A DNA stretch of 48,003 nucleotides from an uncultured Candidatus Saccharibacteria bacterium (GTDB lineage Bacteria > Patescibacteriota > Minisyncoccia > Phycocordibacterales > CSBR16-119). Below are positions 32,056 to 40,902 of this stretch, one piece after another; position 1 is the stretch's first letter; every line of letters starts with the position of its first letter. The translations under genes and the position numbers were made by a program. The notes beneath the pieces are model-generated. The model saw nothing but the letters and a program-made list of their open reading frames with translations. It was not told the DNA's origin and did not search any database. Location of the stretch: positions 1-48,003 of the forward strand of contig CAZTRC010000003.1 in the NCBI GenBank assembly GCA_964615845.1, in the 5' to 3' direction.

Positions 32056-33891
32056 ATGGATCCTGACAATGTCACATATTTTGGAGAAACCGATTTCCGG
32101 GGAGAGAAGCGGAGTTTCGGCATAAGAAACGAGGACAGGTCTCGGCATGTTTATGTTATTGGAAAGACGGGCATGGGTAAATCGACCCTCCTCGAAAACA
32201 TGGCGGCGCAGGATATCCAAAACGGCGAAGGTATGTGCTTCATCGATCCACACGGAAGCGCCATCGACACCCTTCTCGAGTACATTCCGGAAAACCGCAT
32301 CAAAGACGTCGTCTATTTTGCACCCTTCGATTCCGACTATCCGATTGCTTTCAATGTCATGGAAGATATCGGTATCGACCAGCGTCACTTGGTAGTTTCG
32401 GGGCTCATGTCAGCTTTCAAGAAAATTTGGGTGGACGCTTGGTCAGCTAGGATGGAGCACATTTTGAATAACACTATTTTGGCGCTCCTTGAATATCCGG
32501 GCTCAACTCTTCTCGCGGTCAATCGCATGTACGCCGACAAGGGCTTTCGCGAGGAAGTAGTGTCGAAAGTAACCGACCCAGCGGTGCGGAGCTTTTGGAA
32601 TGAAGAATTTGCCAAGTGGGATGAGCGATTTATGCGCGAAGCGACTGCGGCCATCCAAAACAAAATCGGCCAATTCACCTCAAACCCCCTCATTAGAAAC
32701 ATTGTTGGCCAAGAAAAATCGAGTTTCAACATCCGTGAAATGATGGATGAGAAAAAGATTTTCTTGGTGAACCTTTCCAAGGGTCGCATTGGCGAACAGA
32801 ACGCCGGACTTCTCGGCGCCATGATTGTGACGAAAATTTATTTGGCGGCGATGTCGCGAGCGGAAGTTGCCAAGACCGAAATGGCCAAACTCCCGCCATT
32901 TTTTCTCTTCGTCGACGAATTCCAAAACTTCGCAAATGACTCTTTCTCGGATATTTTAGCTGAAGCGCGAAAGTACAAACTAAATCTCACCATCGCTCAC
33001 CAATACATCGAGCAAATGGAAGAAACGGTCCGTGACGCGGTTTTCGGGAACGTCGGTACGACAATTGCTTTCCGTGTGGGACCACTCGACGCCGAAGTTT
33101 TGGAGAAAATCTTTATACCGACTTTTACCGCCGAAGATATCGTAAATCTCGGCAAGTATCAGATTTACCTTTCACTTATGATTGATGGCGTTGGGTCAAA
33201 GCCATTTTCGGCAACAAACATGGCGCCTCTGCCAAGAAAGGCTATTACTTATAGAAATGAAGTCATCGAGAATTCTCGCGCCCTGTATGCACACACGCGA
33301 GGCGATGTCCAAGGTAAAGTTGAGAATTGGCACGCGACAGTTTTCGAAACAGGCAAAGACAAGAAAGAGCGCGAGAAGAAAGAAGTGTATCTCGCCGAAA
33401 AAGCTCAGAAGGAAAAATTGCTTTACGGCGATGTTGGTGCGCCGACAGGTCCTGCTAAGATAAAGATTCCGGACGAGATTTTTAAAAAAGTCGCAAGTGT
33501 AGAATCTCCGCGAGAAAGAGATGTGCCAGTTTACGTACCTAGGCCATCGGAGCCTGCACGCCAACAACCAAAGCCTCAAAATAAATTTGTCGGTAACAAA
33601 AACCCATCGGAAAAAAACAAAGGACTCCTGAAAGACGTTTTGTCTAAAGCTCTACAAAAGCCGAGTACGCCAGAACAAAAACCAGTATCTGTCTCGGGAG
33701 GAGCTCCGACTTTGCCCCCACAACACGCCTCAAGTAATCCACCAAGCGATGTGCCAAAAGATGTACAACCAAAAACCGAGTCTGTTAAAATAGACGAAGT
33801 AGAAAAAAAGGCGCCCGAACAAACGCCTGCTCCAAAACCGCAAAAACCAAAAGAGGTTCCTGAGGATATTTTGAAACAGATTTTAGAATAA
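32056..33891 (+). CDS. VirD4/TraD-like (type IV coupling protein-like, DUF87-type) P-loop ATPase with a disordered Pro/Lys-rich tail
   Basis: Walker A is VIGKTGMGKSTLL and Walker B is FFLFVDEFQNFA. ARKYKLNLTIAHQYIEQ is also present. The last 170 or so aa are low-complexity P/K/E-rich. No TM segments are seen at the N-terminus. Confidence 0.75.
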   Translation: MDPDNVTYFGETDFRGEKRSFGIRNEDRSRHVYVIGKTGMGKSTLLENMAAQDIQNGEGMCFIDPHGSAIDTLLEYIPENRIKDVVYFAPFDSDYPIAFNVMEDIGIDQRHLVVSGLMSAFKKIWVDAWSARMEHILNNTILALLEYPGSTLLAVNRMYADKGFREEVVSKVTDPAVRSFWNEEFAKWDERFMREATAAIQNKIGQFTSNPLIRNIVGQEKSSFNIREMMDEKKIFLVNLSKGRIGEQNAGLLGAMIVTKIYLAAMSRAEVAKTEMAKLPPFFLFVDEFQNFANDSFSDILAEARKYKLNLTIAHQYIEQMEETVRDAVFGNVGTTIAFRVGPLDAEVLEKIFIPTFTAEDIVNLGKYQIYLSLMIDGVGSKPFSATNMAPLPRKAITYRNEVIENSRALYAHTRGDVQGKVENWHATVFETGKDKKEREKKEVYLAEKAQKEKLLYGDVGAPTGPAKIKIPDEIFKKVASVESPRERDVPVYVPRPSEPARQQPKPQNKFVGNKNPSEKNKGLLKDVLSKALQKPSTPEQKPVSVSGGAPTLPPQHASSNPPSDVPKDVQPKTESVKIDEVEKKAPEQTPAPKPQKPKEVPEDILKQILE

Positions 33892-33892
33892 A

Positions 33893-35341
33893 ATGAAGCG
33901 AAGACAATTGTCACAATTACTTGGGCTGACCGTAATGTTACTAGCCACGCCGATCCTGGCGTTTGCTGATATTTCTGTGACCGAAATCGCCTGGATGGGG
34001 ACGGCTGCGAGCGCGAATGATGAGTGGATCGAAATCTATAATAGCGGATCGGCCTCCGTGAATTTGTCTGGTTACACTTTGAATGCGGCTGATGGCACCC
34101 CCTCGATTAATCTCTCGGGGTCGATTGGAGCAGGGGAATATAAACTGCTTGAACGCACTGACGACACAACCTTTCCAGGCATCACGGCACTTTCCATCTT
34201 TACCGGAGCACTTGGAAATGAAGGTGAGAGTTTGGTCCTTAAAGATGGTGCCACAACAATTCAGACGATGAATTTCGCTGGTGGCTGGCCGGCGGGAAGC
34301 GCGACGACGCGCGAGACTATGCAACTTAGCGGCACCTCTTGGGTTACCGCTTCAGAAACAGCAGGTAGTGCGACAACAGCGAACGGCGACGATGACGATG
34401 GCGGAGACGATGACACAGGGGACGACGATGATACTGGCGACGATGACGACACTGGGATGGATGATGATGACGATGGCGATGATGATGACGACGATGATGA
34501 CGAGAATGCTTCTGGTACCAAGCAACAACCGCAGCGTAAAATTTACGACGATATGATTTTTGAGGTAGACTTTCCGTCGCGCGTCATTGCTGGAAGTCCC
34601 GCCAAGTTTAGCGCCGTAGCGCTTGATTTCAACCGGACGAAGATTCGCAAAGGTCAATATATTTTTAACATGGGTGACGGTACGGTCAGGACGTTTTCAA
34701 AGAGTTGGAACGGCGATATCAAAGGATTTTTCTATCATACCTATGACTATCCCGGCACATATAGTATTTCTATAAATTATTACGAGACCTATTTCGAAGG
34801 AGTTGCGCCGGAAGTCGAGGATGATTTTACTATCGATGTTCTCCCTCCGGAGATTTCGATTGTGCGTGTTCACTCTGATGGTGCTATCGAGATGAAAAAT
34901 TCATCTTCTGTTTCGATAGACATAAGCGGATGGAAACTTTCGGACGGATTTGGCCACACTTTCGCTATCCCAGAGAAATCAGTTATTCTCTCGGGCAAAA
35001 CCGCCGTCTTTCCGAAGAAACGTACTCGGCTTGAAGCTCTCGGTGGGGTGACTCTCGTGACCCCGACAGGAGCCTTGGTTCATTCGACAATTGAAACCAA
35101 GTCGATTCTCAAAGCCTCGAACACCGCCGTAAAACCGATAAGTAAAACCGCTGAGAGTGAAGTTTTGGGCGCGAGCATTGCCTCGGTAGATGATGGTATT
35201 GAGACTCCCGCCAAAGAAAAGAGTCCAAACTCTTTGGTCTGGACTCTTCTCTTTGTCATCCTGGTTTTGATTGCTGTTATCGCCGTGCTTCTTTTAAAGA
35301 AAGATGAGCCGTTACAGGAATACGAACTCATCGACGAGTAA
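33893..35341 (+). CDS. surface protein with two lamin-tail (LTD) domains, a poly-Asp tract, a PKD-like middle domain and a C-terminal TM anchor
   Basis: There is a signal peptide. ISVTEIAWMG....NDEWIEIYNSG..SVNLSGYTL is an LTD signature, and a second LTD-like segment is EMKNSSSVSIDISGWKLSDG. The C-terminal helix is LVWTLLFVILVLIAVIAVLLL. Confidence 0.75.
   Translation: MKRRQLSQLLGLTVMLLATPILAFADISVTEIAWMGTAASANDEWIEIYNSGSASVNLSGYTLNAADGTPSINLSGSIGAGEYKLLERTDDTTFPGITALSIFTGALGNEGESLVLKDGATTIQTMNFAGGWPAGSATTRETMQLSGTSWVTASETAGSATTANGDDDDGGDDDTGDDDDTGDDDDTGMDDDDDGDDDDDDDDENASGTKQQPQRKIYDDMIFEVDFPSRVIAGSPAKFSAVALDFNRTKIRKGQYIFNMGDGTVRTFSKSWNGDIKGFFYHTYDYPGTYSISINYYETYFEGVAPEVEDDFTIDVLPPEISIVRVHSDGAIEMKNSSSVSIDISGWKLSDGFGHTFAIPEKSVILSGKTAVFPKKRTRLEALGGVTLVTPTGALVHSTIETKSILKASNTAVKPISKTAESEVLGASIASVDDGIETPAKEKSPNSLVWTLLFVILVLIAVIAVLLLKKDEPLQEYELIDE
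34388..34504 (+). repeat. coding low-complexity tract: 39 residues, almost all Asp with G/T spacers (DDDDGGDDDTGDDDDTGDDDDTGMDDDDDGDDDDDDDDE)
   Basis: Read directly from GAC/GAT codon runs, with a repeating GGx-GAC-GAC-GAT-GAx-ACT unit. Confidence 0.9.
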
Positions 35342-36721
35342 TTATTTTATTGCTTGGAGTAGTTGAGCCTTTTGGTCTTCGATTGTTTCTTGGATTTTTT
35401 CGGCGATTTCCAGGGCTTTGAGTTTTTGATTAATTTCAATTTCTCCGGCAATCCTATTCACTTCCTGGGCAATCGACAAAGCCTCTCGATATTTGCCACG
35501 CTCAAATAATCTTTCAGCCTCATCGATAAGATTTTCCGCTTCTTTTATCTTGGCTTTGAAATCAAATTGTGGCTCCGAGACTTCCAACTCAGGCGTTATT
35601 GCGATTGTCGCGTTTTCTGAGACTTCAGTTTCTGGCATCGCGTCTTCTTTTGTTCCAATTAGTGGCTCCGAGACTTCCACGGAGGTTTCGGTCTTGCCGC
35701 TTATCGCTGTGTTTATTTTTTGCGCTGTTGGAATAATGCTTGGGTTCGGCACATTTGTCTCTTGAGGCGTTGATTCTTCGATTGGTAAAATTTCATCTGG
35801 AGTTTCGATTGGTGCTGGAGTTACAGTTTCTTCATATCCTTCGAGTTTCGCTAGGTCGGCTTTGATGTCTCGGATTTTATTCTTGGCTTTTTTGATGCGA
35901 GCATCAACAACCTTCTCTACTTCTTCGCTAAGGTCATCAATTTCTTTCTGGGCTTCTTTGGTCAATTTGGCGACGATTTGGTCATCGGTAGACTCAATTG
36001 CAAGACTCATCGTCGTGGCGTCCGCACTTTCTTCAGATGGAGCGTCGACAACTACGGCGATGATTTCATTTTCTTGGTCTTCAACAGCTTTGATTGTGCT
36101 TTCAACTTTGGCAATTAGAGTTTCAGCACCTTCATTTTTCTTTTCCAAGATGTCTTTATGCGCTTGCAAGACTGGTGCGAGTCTACCGGTCGTTTCTAGC
36201 ACGACTTCCACATCGCCTTCGGCTGAGAGAGTGTGCATTTCCTTGGTCAAGTTTTCGATATGTTCGTCGAGCTTGTCTTCCACAATCTTTTTTGTATCCT
36301 CGTTTAATTTATTGTTTTTGACCAGGATTTGGGTTTCTTCGAGGCGGCGTTCGACATTTTTGGACTGGACAACCATCTTGGCTTCAGCTCCGAAAGCGAG
36401 ACCCTCCTCGATCTTTTCGTTGACGTTTACTTTGACATTGTAGAGTTTTTCACCAGGTAGGGAATTGGACGCAGCATAAGAAACGCCCGAACCGCCGGCA
36501 ACAACAGCGATAATGAGAAGGAGAGCGGTCGCTTTGGCAAAGTGCCTGACTTCGAAAATTGAGAGATAGTTTTTCTCGCCCGGAGCTTGGATCTTGCCAC
36601 GGATCGGATTGAATGAAATGAACTCGGAAATCTTCGAACGTAAAAGAGACTTCTCGTTCTCGGAGAGCCGTATCTCTTGGACTCGCTTTATGAAATTTTT
36701 GAAATCTTGTTTGTTCATCAT
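35342..36721 (-). CDS. membrane-anchored coiled-coil protein, putative anti-sigma factor (DUF5667-like)
   Basis: 459 aa. Its start overlaps the stop of the upstream ECF sigma gene by 4 nt (ATGA). It has a single TM helix near residue 65 and a long helical ectodomain. The function is inferred from the operon arrangement. Confidence 0.55.
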   Translation of the reverse strand: MMNKQDFKNFIKRVQEIRLSENEKSLLRSKISEFISFNPIRGKIQAPGEKNYLSIFEVRHFAKATALLLIIAVVAGGSGVSYAASNSLPGEKLYNVKVNVNEKIEEGLAFGAEAKMVVQSKNVERRLEETQILVKNNKLNEDTKKIVEDKLDEHIENLTKEMHTLSAEGDVEVVLETTGRLAPVLQAHKDILEKKNEGAETLIAKVESTIKAVEDQENEIIAVVVDAPSEESADATTMSLAIESTDDQIVAKLTKEAQKEIDDLSEEVEKVVDARIKKAKNKIRDIKADLAKLEGYEETVTPAPIETPDEILPIEESTPQETNVPNPSIIPTAQKINTAISGKTETSVEVSEPLIGTKEDAMPETEVSENATIAITPELEVSEPQFDFKAKIKEAENLIDEAERLFERGKYREALSIAQEVNRIAGEIEINQKLKALEIAEKIQETIEDQKAQLLQAIK

Positions 36722-37248
36722 TTTTTTATCTCGTAGTATTCTCGTAACACTTCTTTCATCTTTTCGACCGCGCGGTGGATTTTGACGGAAACGTTGTTGG
36801 CTGTCATGTCGAGCGTGTCAGCGATTTCTTTGATGCTCATTTCGTTGATGTATCTCATCGAAAGTATTTCTCTGTCATCGGGGTCAAGTTCTTCGAGTTT
36901 GCCGAGGACGAAGTCTTTGTCAGAGCTCTGCATCGCTTCCTCACTTTCGTCTTTCTCACCTCTGAATTCGACGCCGGTCTCGGTAATCGCATCCAGGGAA
37001 TAGCTCTTTTTCTTGCGACGGTAGTCGATGATGAGGTTTTTCGCGACTTTGTATAAAAAGGCCCTCAAATTGTCTACTTCCTTGCCGTCCTTCAGGTATA
37101 CCCAGGTTTTGGTGAAAGTGTCTTGTAAAAGGTCGGTCGCCACCTCTCGATTCGAGACTTGAAAATAGCAGTATCTGAAAAGCGCGTCCGAGTTCTCTTC
37201 GTAGCATTTCATGAATATTCCTTCTATTTTCTTGTGATCTTTCGACAT
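36718..37248 (-). CDS. ECF-type RNA polymerase sigma-70 family factor
   Basis: Region 2 is LLQDTFTKTWVYL...DYRRKK. The region 4 HTH is REILSMRYINEMSIKEIADTLDMTANNVSVKIHRA. Confidence 0.88.
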   Translation of the reverse strand: MSKDHKKIEGIFMKCYEENSDALFRYCYFQVSNREVATDLLQDTFTKTWVYLKDGKEVDNLRAFLYKVAKNLIIDYRRKKKSYSLDAITETGVEFRGEKDESEEAMQSSDKDFVLGKLEELDPDDREILSMRYINEMSIKEIADTLDMTANNVSVKIHRAVEKMKEVLREYYEIKK

Positions 37249-37393
37249 ATATGACGTATTTTGGGGGTCTTTATTACAACTACGATATTAGCATAAATAG
37301 GTCAAAATGGCTTGTAAAATAGAGTAAAAAGCTCAAAGACCTTAGACAACATGCTTAAGGTGTGAGGCCCCGGCTTGCCGGGGTTTCGTGCTG

Positions 37394-37963
37394 TCATCTT
37401 TTTATATTCTTCAATATAAGTGGAATCTTTTTGAAATCCTCGATGAGCGTCTCGCGCATACCGCCGTTGTAGAGCGCGGCGGCTGGGTGATAGAGAGGGA
37501 AGAAGTATTCGGTATCGAAGCCTTTTATTTTTCTGTGAAGAAGTTCTCCGTGAACGAGCGAAATCTTTTCGGTGGGGAAGAATCTATTGAGCGCGTGTCT
37601 CCCCAAGAAAATAATTATTTTTGGCTTGATGAAATTGAGTTCGGCGGTAAGCCACGGCCAACAAGCGGCGATTTCGTCCGGCTCGGGATCGCGATTGTCG
37701 GGCGGACGATACTTCACGGTGTTGGTGATGTAGATATCGGGGCGTTTCATCTTGATGGTCTCGAGCATTTCAGCCAGGAATTTCCCCGAGCGACCAACAA
37801 ACGGCCGACCCTCTAAATCTTCGGCCTTGCCCGGGGCTTCGCCTATAAACACTATATCGGCCTCTGGATTACCATCACCAAAAACTGGCTGAGTCACCAA
37901 AGGCTTCAATTTGCAATTATTTTTCTTGTGCCATTTTTGGTGGATACCTAGTAGGGTTTGCAT
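37394..37963 (-). CDS. udg: uracil-DNA glycosylase, family 4
   Basis: [23 protein letters not shown] and YHPAAAL motifs are present. The size, 189 aa, fits. Confidence 0.88.
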   Translation of the reverse strand: MQTLLGIHQKWHKKNNCKLKPLVTQPVFGDGNPEADIVFIGEAPGKAEDLEGRPFVGRSGKFLAEMLETIKMKRPDIYITNTVKYRPPDNRDPEPDEIAACWPWLTAELNFIKPKIIIFLGRHALNRFFPTEKISLVHGELLHRKIKGFDTEYFFPLYHPAAALYNGGMRETLIEDFKKIPLILKNIKR

Positions 37964-37999
37964 TTGCTAAGTTTATTATATTTCTGTTAATATCTCCAA

Positions 38000-38233
38000 A
38001 TGGGAATCAAAGATTTTTTTATGAAGAAAATGCTCGGGAGCCAGCTCAAGAAATCTGGCTTGCCAGAAGCACAGCAGGAAAAAGTGATGAACGCTATGAT
38101 CGCCAATCCGGCGCTCTTTCAGAAAATCGCCAAAGAAATCAAAGAACTTGAAAAAGGCGGCAAGAATCAGATGTTCGCCTCGATGGAAGTGATGAAGAAA
38201 TATCAAAATGAACTAAGGAATTTGATGCAGTAA
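38000..38233 (+). CDS. small helical hypothetical protein (77 aa)
   Basis: Clean ORF ending 1 nt before ychF. No motif. Confidence 0.5.
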   Translation: MGIKDFFMKKMLGSQLKKSGLPEAQQEKVMNAMIANPALFQKIAKEIKELEKGGKNQMFASMEVMKKYQNELRNLMQ

Positions 38234-38234
38234 T

Positions 38235-39335
38235 ATGGGACTATCTATTGGCATTGTCGGGCTTCCGAACGTGGGCAAATCCACGCTTTTTAACGCTCTC
38301 ACCAAAAAGGGTGTTTTGGCTGCGAATTATCCTTTCGCCACTATCGATCCGTCGGTTGGGATTGTGCCTGTGCCTGACGAGAGATTGGATTTACTTTCCA
38401 AATTTTCTGAGAGCAAGAAAACTATTCCGGCCGTCATAGAATTCGTCGACATCGCCGGACTTGTCGAAGGTGCGTCCAAAGGCGAAGGCCTGGGGAATAA
38501 ATTCCTAACTCACATCCGAGACGTTGACGCTATCCTCCAAATGGTGCGAATTTTTCCTCTCGAAGAAAATGGCAACGGCATCATGCACGTCTATGGCAAC
38601 ATCGATCCTCTGCGCGACATGAAAGTCATAAACATGGAACTTATTCTCGCCGATCTCGAGTCTGTCGATAAAAGGATTGGCAATATTTCTCGTGATGCCA
38701 AGCGTGGCGAGAAAGCGGCTGTGGCCGAAGACGCTGTGCTCCAAAAAGTGAAAAAAGTTTTGGAAGAAGAAAAAATGGCGAACACTTTGGTTCTCCAAGA
38801 AGCCGAAGAAAAGATTTTGAAAGGCATGAATCTTCTGACTTCGAAGAAAATGATTTTTGGTTTAAATAAGAAATCTGGCGTTCAGAATCTCGACGCGACG
38901 GATCCGGCGAAATTTACCGAACTTACCAAAGACATTGAAGCGAATGGCTACGAATACGTCGTCATCGATGCCAAGACCGAAGACGAGCTTCGCGACATGT
39001 CAGCCGACGAGAAAAAAGAATTCCGCGAAGGCGACGCAGATGGCATCAACGAACTCATTTTGAAAAGTTATAAACTTCTCGGCCTAGAGACTTTCCTCAC
39101 TACCGGGCCGGATGAGTCGCGTGCATGGACGATTAAAATCGGTTCGTCTGCACCTCAAGCTGGTGCCGCTATCCACACGGACTTCTTGACCAAATTTATC
39201 CGCGCGCAGGTTATCAATTGGCAAGATTTACTCGACTCTGGATCTCTCGCAAACGCTCGCGCAAAGGGACTGCTTCGCACCGAAGGCAAAGAATATATCG
39301 TAAAGGACGGAGATGTTATAGAATTCTTGGTTTAA
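38235..39335 (+). CDS. ychF: redox-regulated ribosome-binding ATPase YchF
   Basis: GIVGLPNVGKSTLFNALT and DIAGLVEGASKGEGLGNKFL are present. The C-terminal TGS-like domain has RAWTI..GS.AP.AAG.IH.DF..GFI. Confidence 0.95.
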   Translation: MGLSIGIVGLPNVGKSTLFNALTKKGVLAANYPFATIDPSVGIVPVPDERLDLLSKFSESKKTIPAVIEFVDIAGLVEGASKGEGLGNKFLTHIRDVDAILQMVRIFPLEENGNGIMHVYGNIDPLRDMKVINMELILADLESVDKRIGNISRDAKRGEKAAVAEDAVLQKVKKVLEEEKMANTLVLQEAEEKILKGMNLLTSKKMIFGLNKKSGVQNLDATDPAKFTELTKDIEANGYEYVVIDAKTEDELRDMSADEKKEFREGDADGINELILKSYKLLGLETFLTTGPDESRAWTIKIGSSAPQAGAAIHTDFLTKFIRAQVINWQDLLDSGSLANARAKGLLRTEGKEYIVKDGDVIEFLV

Positions 39336-39344
39336 AAAAGAAGA

Positions 39345-39366
39345 ACCCCGCCGTAATCGGCGGGGT
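39345..39366. terminator. bidirectional terminator hairpin
   Basis: ACCCCGCCG-TAAT-CGGCGGGGT. An A-run lies on the upstream + side, which gives a U-tract for a minus-strand transcript. Confidence 0.7.
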
Positions 39367-39389
39367 CCGGTCTCTTTGAAGCCAAGATG

Positions 39390-39560
39390 TTACGGCTTCG
39401 TGATCTTGCTAACCATGTGTTCCAAGTCGTGTCCCGTGTTCGCCTTCAGCGAGCCGTCGGTGTATTGGGAGAGCGTTTTGGATGGCATGATGAGCAGGAG
39501 GGCGACAATGCAGAGCGCCCAAAGGCCGTGTTGTGCAGCCTGGTGTAAGAACTTTTTCAT
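39390..39560 (-). CDS. possible 56-aa membrane-anchored micro-protein (MKKFLHQAAQHGLWALCIVALLLIMPSKTLSQYTDGSLKANTGHDLEHMVSKITKP)
   Basis: This minus-strand ORF is not in the track. It has a hydrophobic helix and ends just before a hairpin that carries a proper U-tract only in the minus orientation. It competes with the Cys-rich + strand track ORF 39376-39579. Confidence 0.35.
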   Translation of the reverse strand: MKKFLHQAAQHGLWALCIVALLLIMPSKTLSQYTDGSLKANTGHDLEHMVSKITKP

Positions 39561-39616
39561 GGTCGTGGGTGGGATTTGAGCTGAATTCTAACCTCGAGTT
39601 ATATTTTTGTCAAACG

Positions 39617-39643
39617 AAAAGGCCCCGGGGTCCGGGGCCTTCA
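39617..39643 (-). terminator. rho-independent terminator of the minus-strand secreted-protein gene
   Basis: AAGGCCCCGG-GGT-CCGGGGCCTT followed, on the minus strand, by TTTTCGTTTG. Confidence 0.8.
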
Positions 39644-39662
39644 ATTCCGTTCGAGCGTTCTT

Positions 39663-40247
39663 TCAGTCGAGAGTCGCCATGATCATGTTCTGCGGTCCTT
39701 GGTCGTGTCCTCCCGGCGAATTGAATTGCCCGGAATAGAATTCGATCTGCACACTCTCTGGAGCGACAATCGAAAGTTTCGGAAACGGCGCCGAGCTATT
39801 CGGCAACAGGCGGGACAGGACTTCATGCTTGGTGCCGCATACTTCCACGCCTTGATCGGCCGCATACTTCGCTTCGTTTCGTGCACGCAGATCTTCCGTT
39901 GTTACTGATGTTGTCAGATCTTCTCGTGTCGTACCTATCGGCAGAAGCGTCAGGGTGCCGCCTTCGTAGCTGTAATCCCAGCCGCCTGGCCAGGTGACGG
40001 CGAAAGTCGGAAAACCTTCTTTCTTGGCTTCGAGATAGAAATCGAATCCGTAAGCGTGGTAGTCGGGTGCGCCATCGCGAGTGACATCGACGAAGTACAT
40101 CGTCCACAGATATCCAGCGAGATGCAGGTGTTTGCCGGATGTGTCGATAGGAGCCGCTTTGAGGCGATGTGTTGCTGGCAGGTCGGTTTGCGCATTCGTG
40201 TTGACGGCCAGGCACAAGGCGAGGCCGAAGAGCAGGGAAGTCTTCAT
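39663..40247 (-). CDS. secreted hypothetical protein (194 aa, GC-rich)
   Basis: The signal peptide MKTSLLFGLALCLAVNTNAQ is followed by T. There is a long antisense shadow ORF. No known domain. Confidence 0.65.
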   Translation of the reverse strand: MKTSLLFGLALCLAVNTNAQTDLPATHRLKAAPIDTSGKHLHLAGYLWTMYFVDVTRDGAPDYHAYGFDFYLEAKKEGFPTFAVTWPGGWDYSYEGGTLTLLPIGTTREDLTTSVTTEDLRARNEAKYAADQGVEVCGTKHEVLSRLLPNSSAPFPKLSIVAPESVQIEFYSGQFNSPGGHDQGPQNMIMATLD

Positions 40248-40312
40248 TTAGTATGGGGTTTCTTGGTTCGTTATGACCATACATCATTTAGTATCTTTTG
40301 TCAATAAAAGAA

Positions 40313-40347
40313 GAACCCCGTCGCGCCATATGGCACAAACGGGGTTC
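40313..40347 (-). terminator. rho-independent terminator
   Basis: GAACCCCGT ... ACGGGGTTC forms a 9-bp stem, with the loop containing GCCATATGGC. The minus strand continues TTCTTTTATTG. Confidence 0.7.
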
Positions 40348-40368
40348 GGGTCAGCCCAGAGCAGGCTT

Positions 40369-40701
40369 CTATTCCTCTTCTTTACGCGCGGGTGTTTCTT
40401 CTTGGACCTGGGGGCAGATCGTGAAGTAGTACACATATCCACCATAGTTGAAGGCCTGACAGTTGCCAACGGTTGTTGCTCCTGTCCCCGTGGCCTTCAC
40501 CTGTTCATATTGGCTACGTGTGACCGTAGTATCCAACTTGCCATCCTTGTCGCTGTCCACGACGTAGATGAGCGGATCAGGAACGGATGTCTGTGCGTTC
40601 GCAGCTACCGTGATGATGAGACCGGCCAAGGTGATGATCGCGGCCAGAATCCATTTTGTGCGGCTGACTTTCTTGTTGGGGAACAGCTCAAGGTCTTCCA
40701 T
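40369..40701 (-). CDS. membrane-anchored or secreted hypothetical protein (110 aa, GC-rich)
   Basis: WILAAIITLAGLIITVAANAQ followed by T, which is the same N-A-Q-T junction as the genes at 10895 and 39663. Confidence 0.55.
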   Translation of the reverse strand: MEDLELFPNKKVSRTKWILAAIITLAGLIITVAANAQTSVPDPLIYVVDSDKDGKLDTTVTRSQYEQVKATGTGATTVGNCQAFNYGGYVYYFTICPQVQEETPARKEEE

Positions 40702-40798
40702 GGTCAGGAGTGTTTCGTTGATGTTGAATGTGTCTACCTCATACTATAGCATAATATCTTACTATTTGTCAAGGCCCTAAACCCCCGAAAATTTCTTT

Positions 40799-40866
40799 GC
40801 CCCCACACCTATTTTTTGATCGCGCCAAGGGTGCATTGAAAATAATCAAAAAATAGGTGTGGGGGC
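40799..40866. repeat. long perfect hairpin (22-bp arms, 24-nt loop)
   Basis: GCCCCCACACCTATTTTTTGAT (40799-40820) is the exact reverse complement of ATCAAAAAATAGGTGTGGGGGC (40845-40866). The loop is CGCGCCAAGGGTGCATTGAAAATA. Confidence 0.9.
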
Positions 40867-40902
40867 TTTGAAAAAAGCCGCTTTTTTGCTAAAATACGGC
40901 CC

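Noticed and set aside
39337-40347. A shared 15-nt string, AAAAGAAGAACCCCG, at the 5' side of two terminators (39337-39351 and 40306-40320).
   Set aside because: Both are ordinary A-run plus GC-stem terminators, and the remainder of each hairpin differs. This is most simply convergence of terminator composition. Two copies are too few to claim a repeat family.
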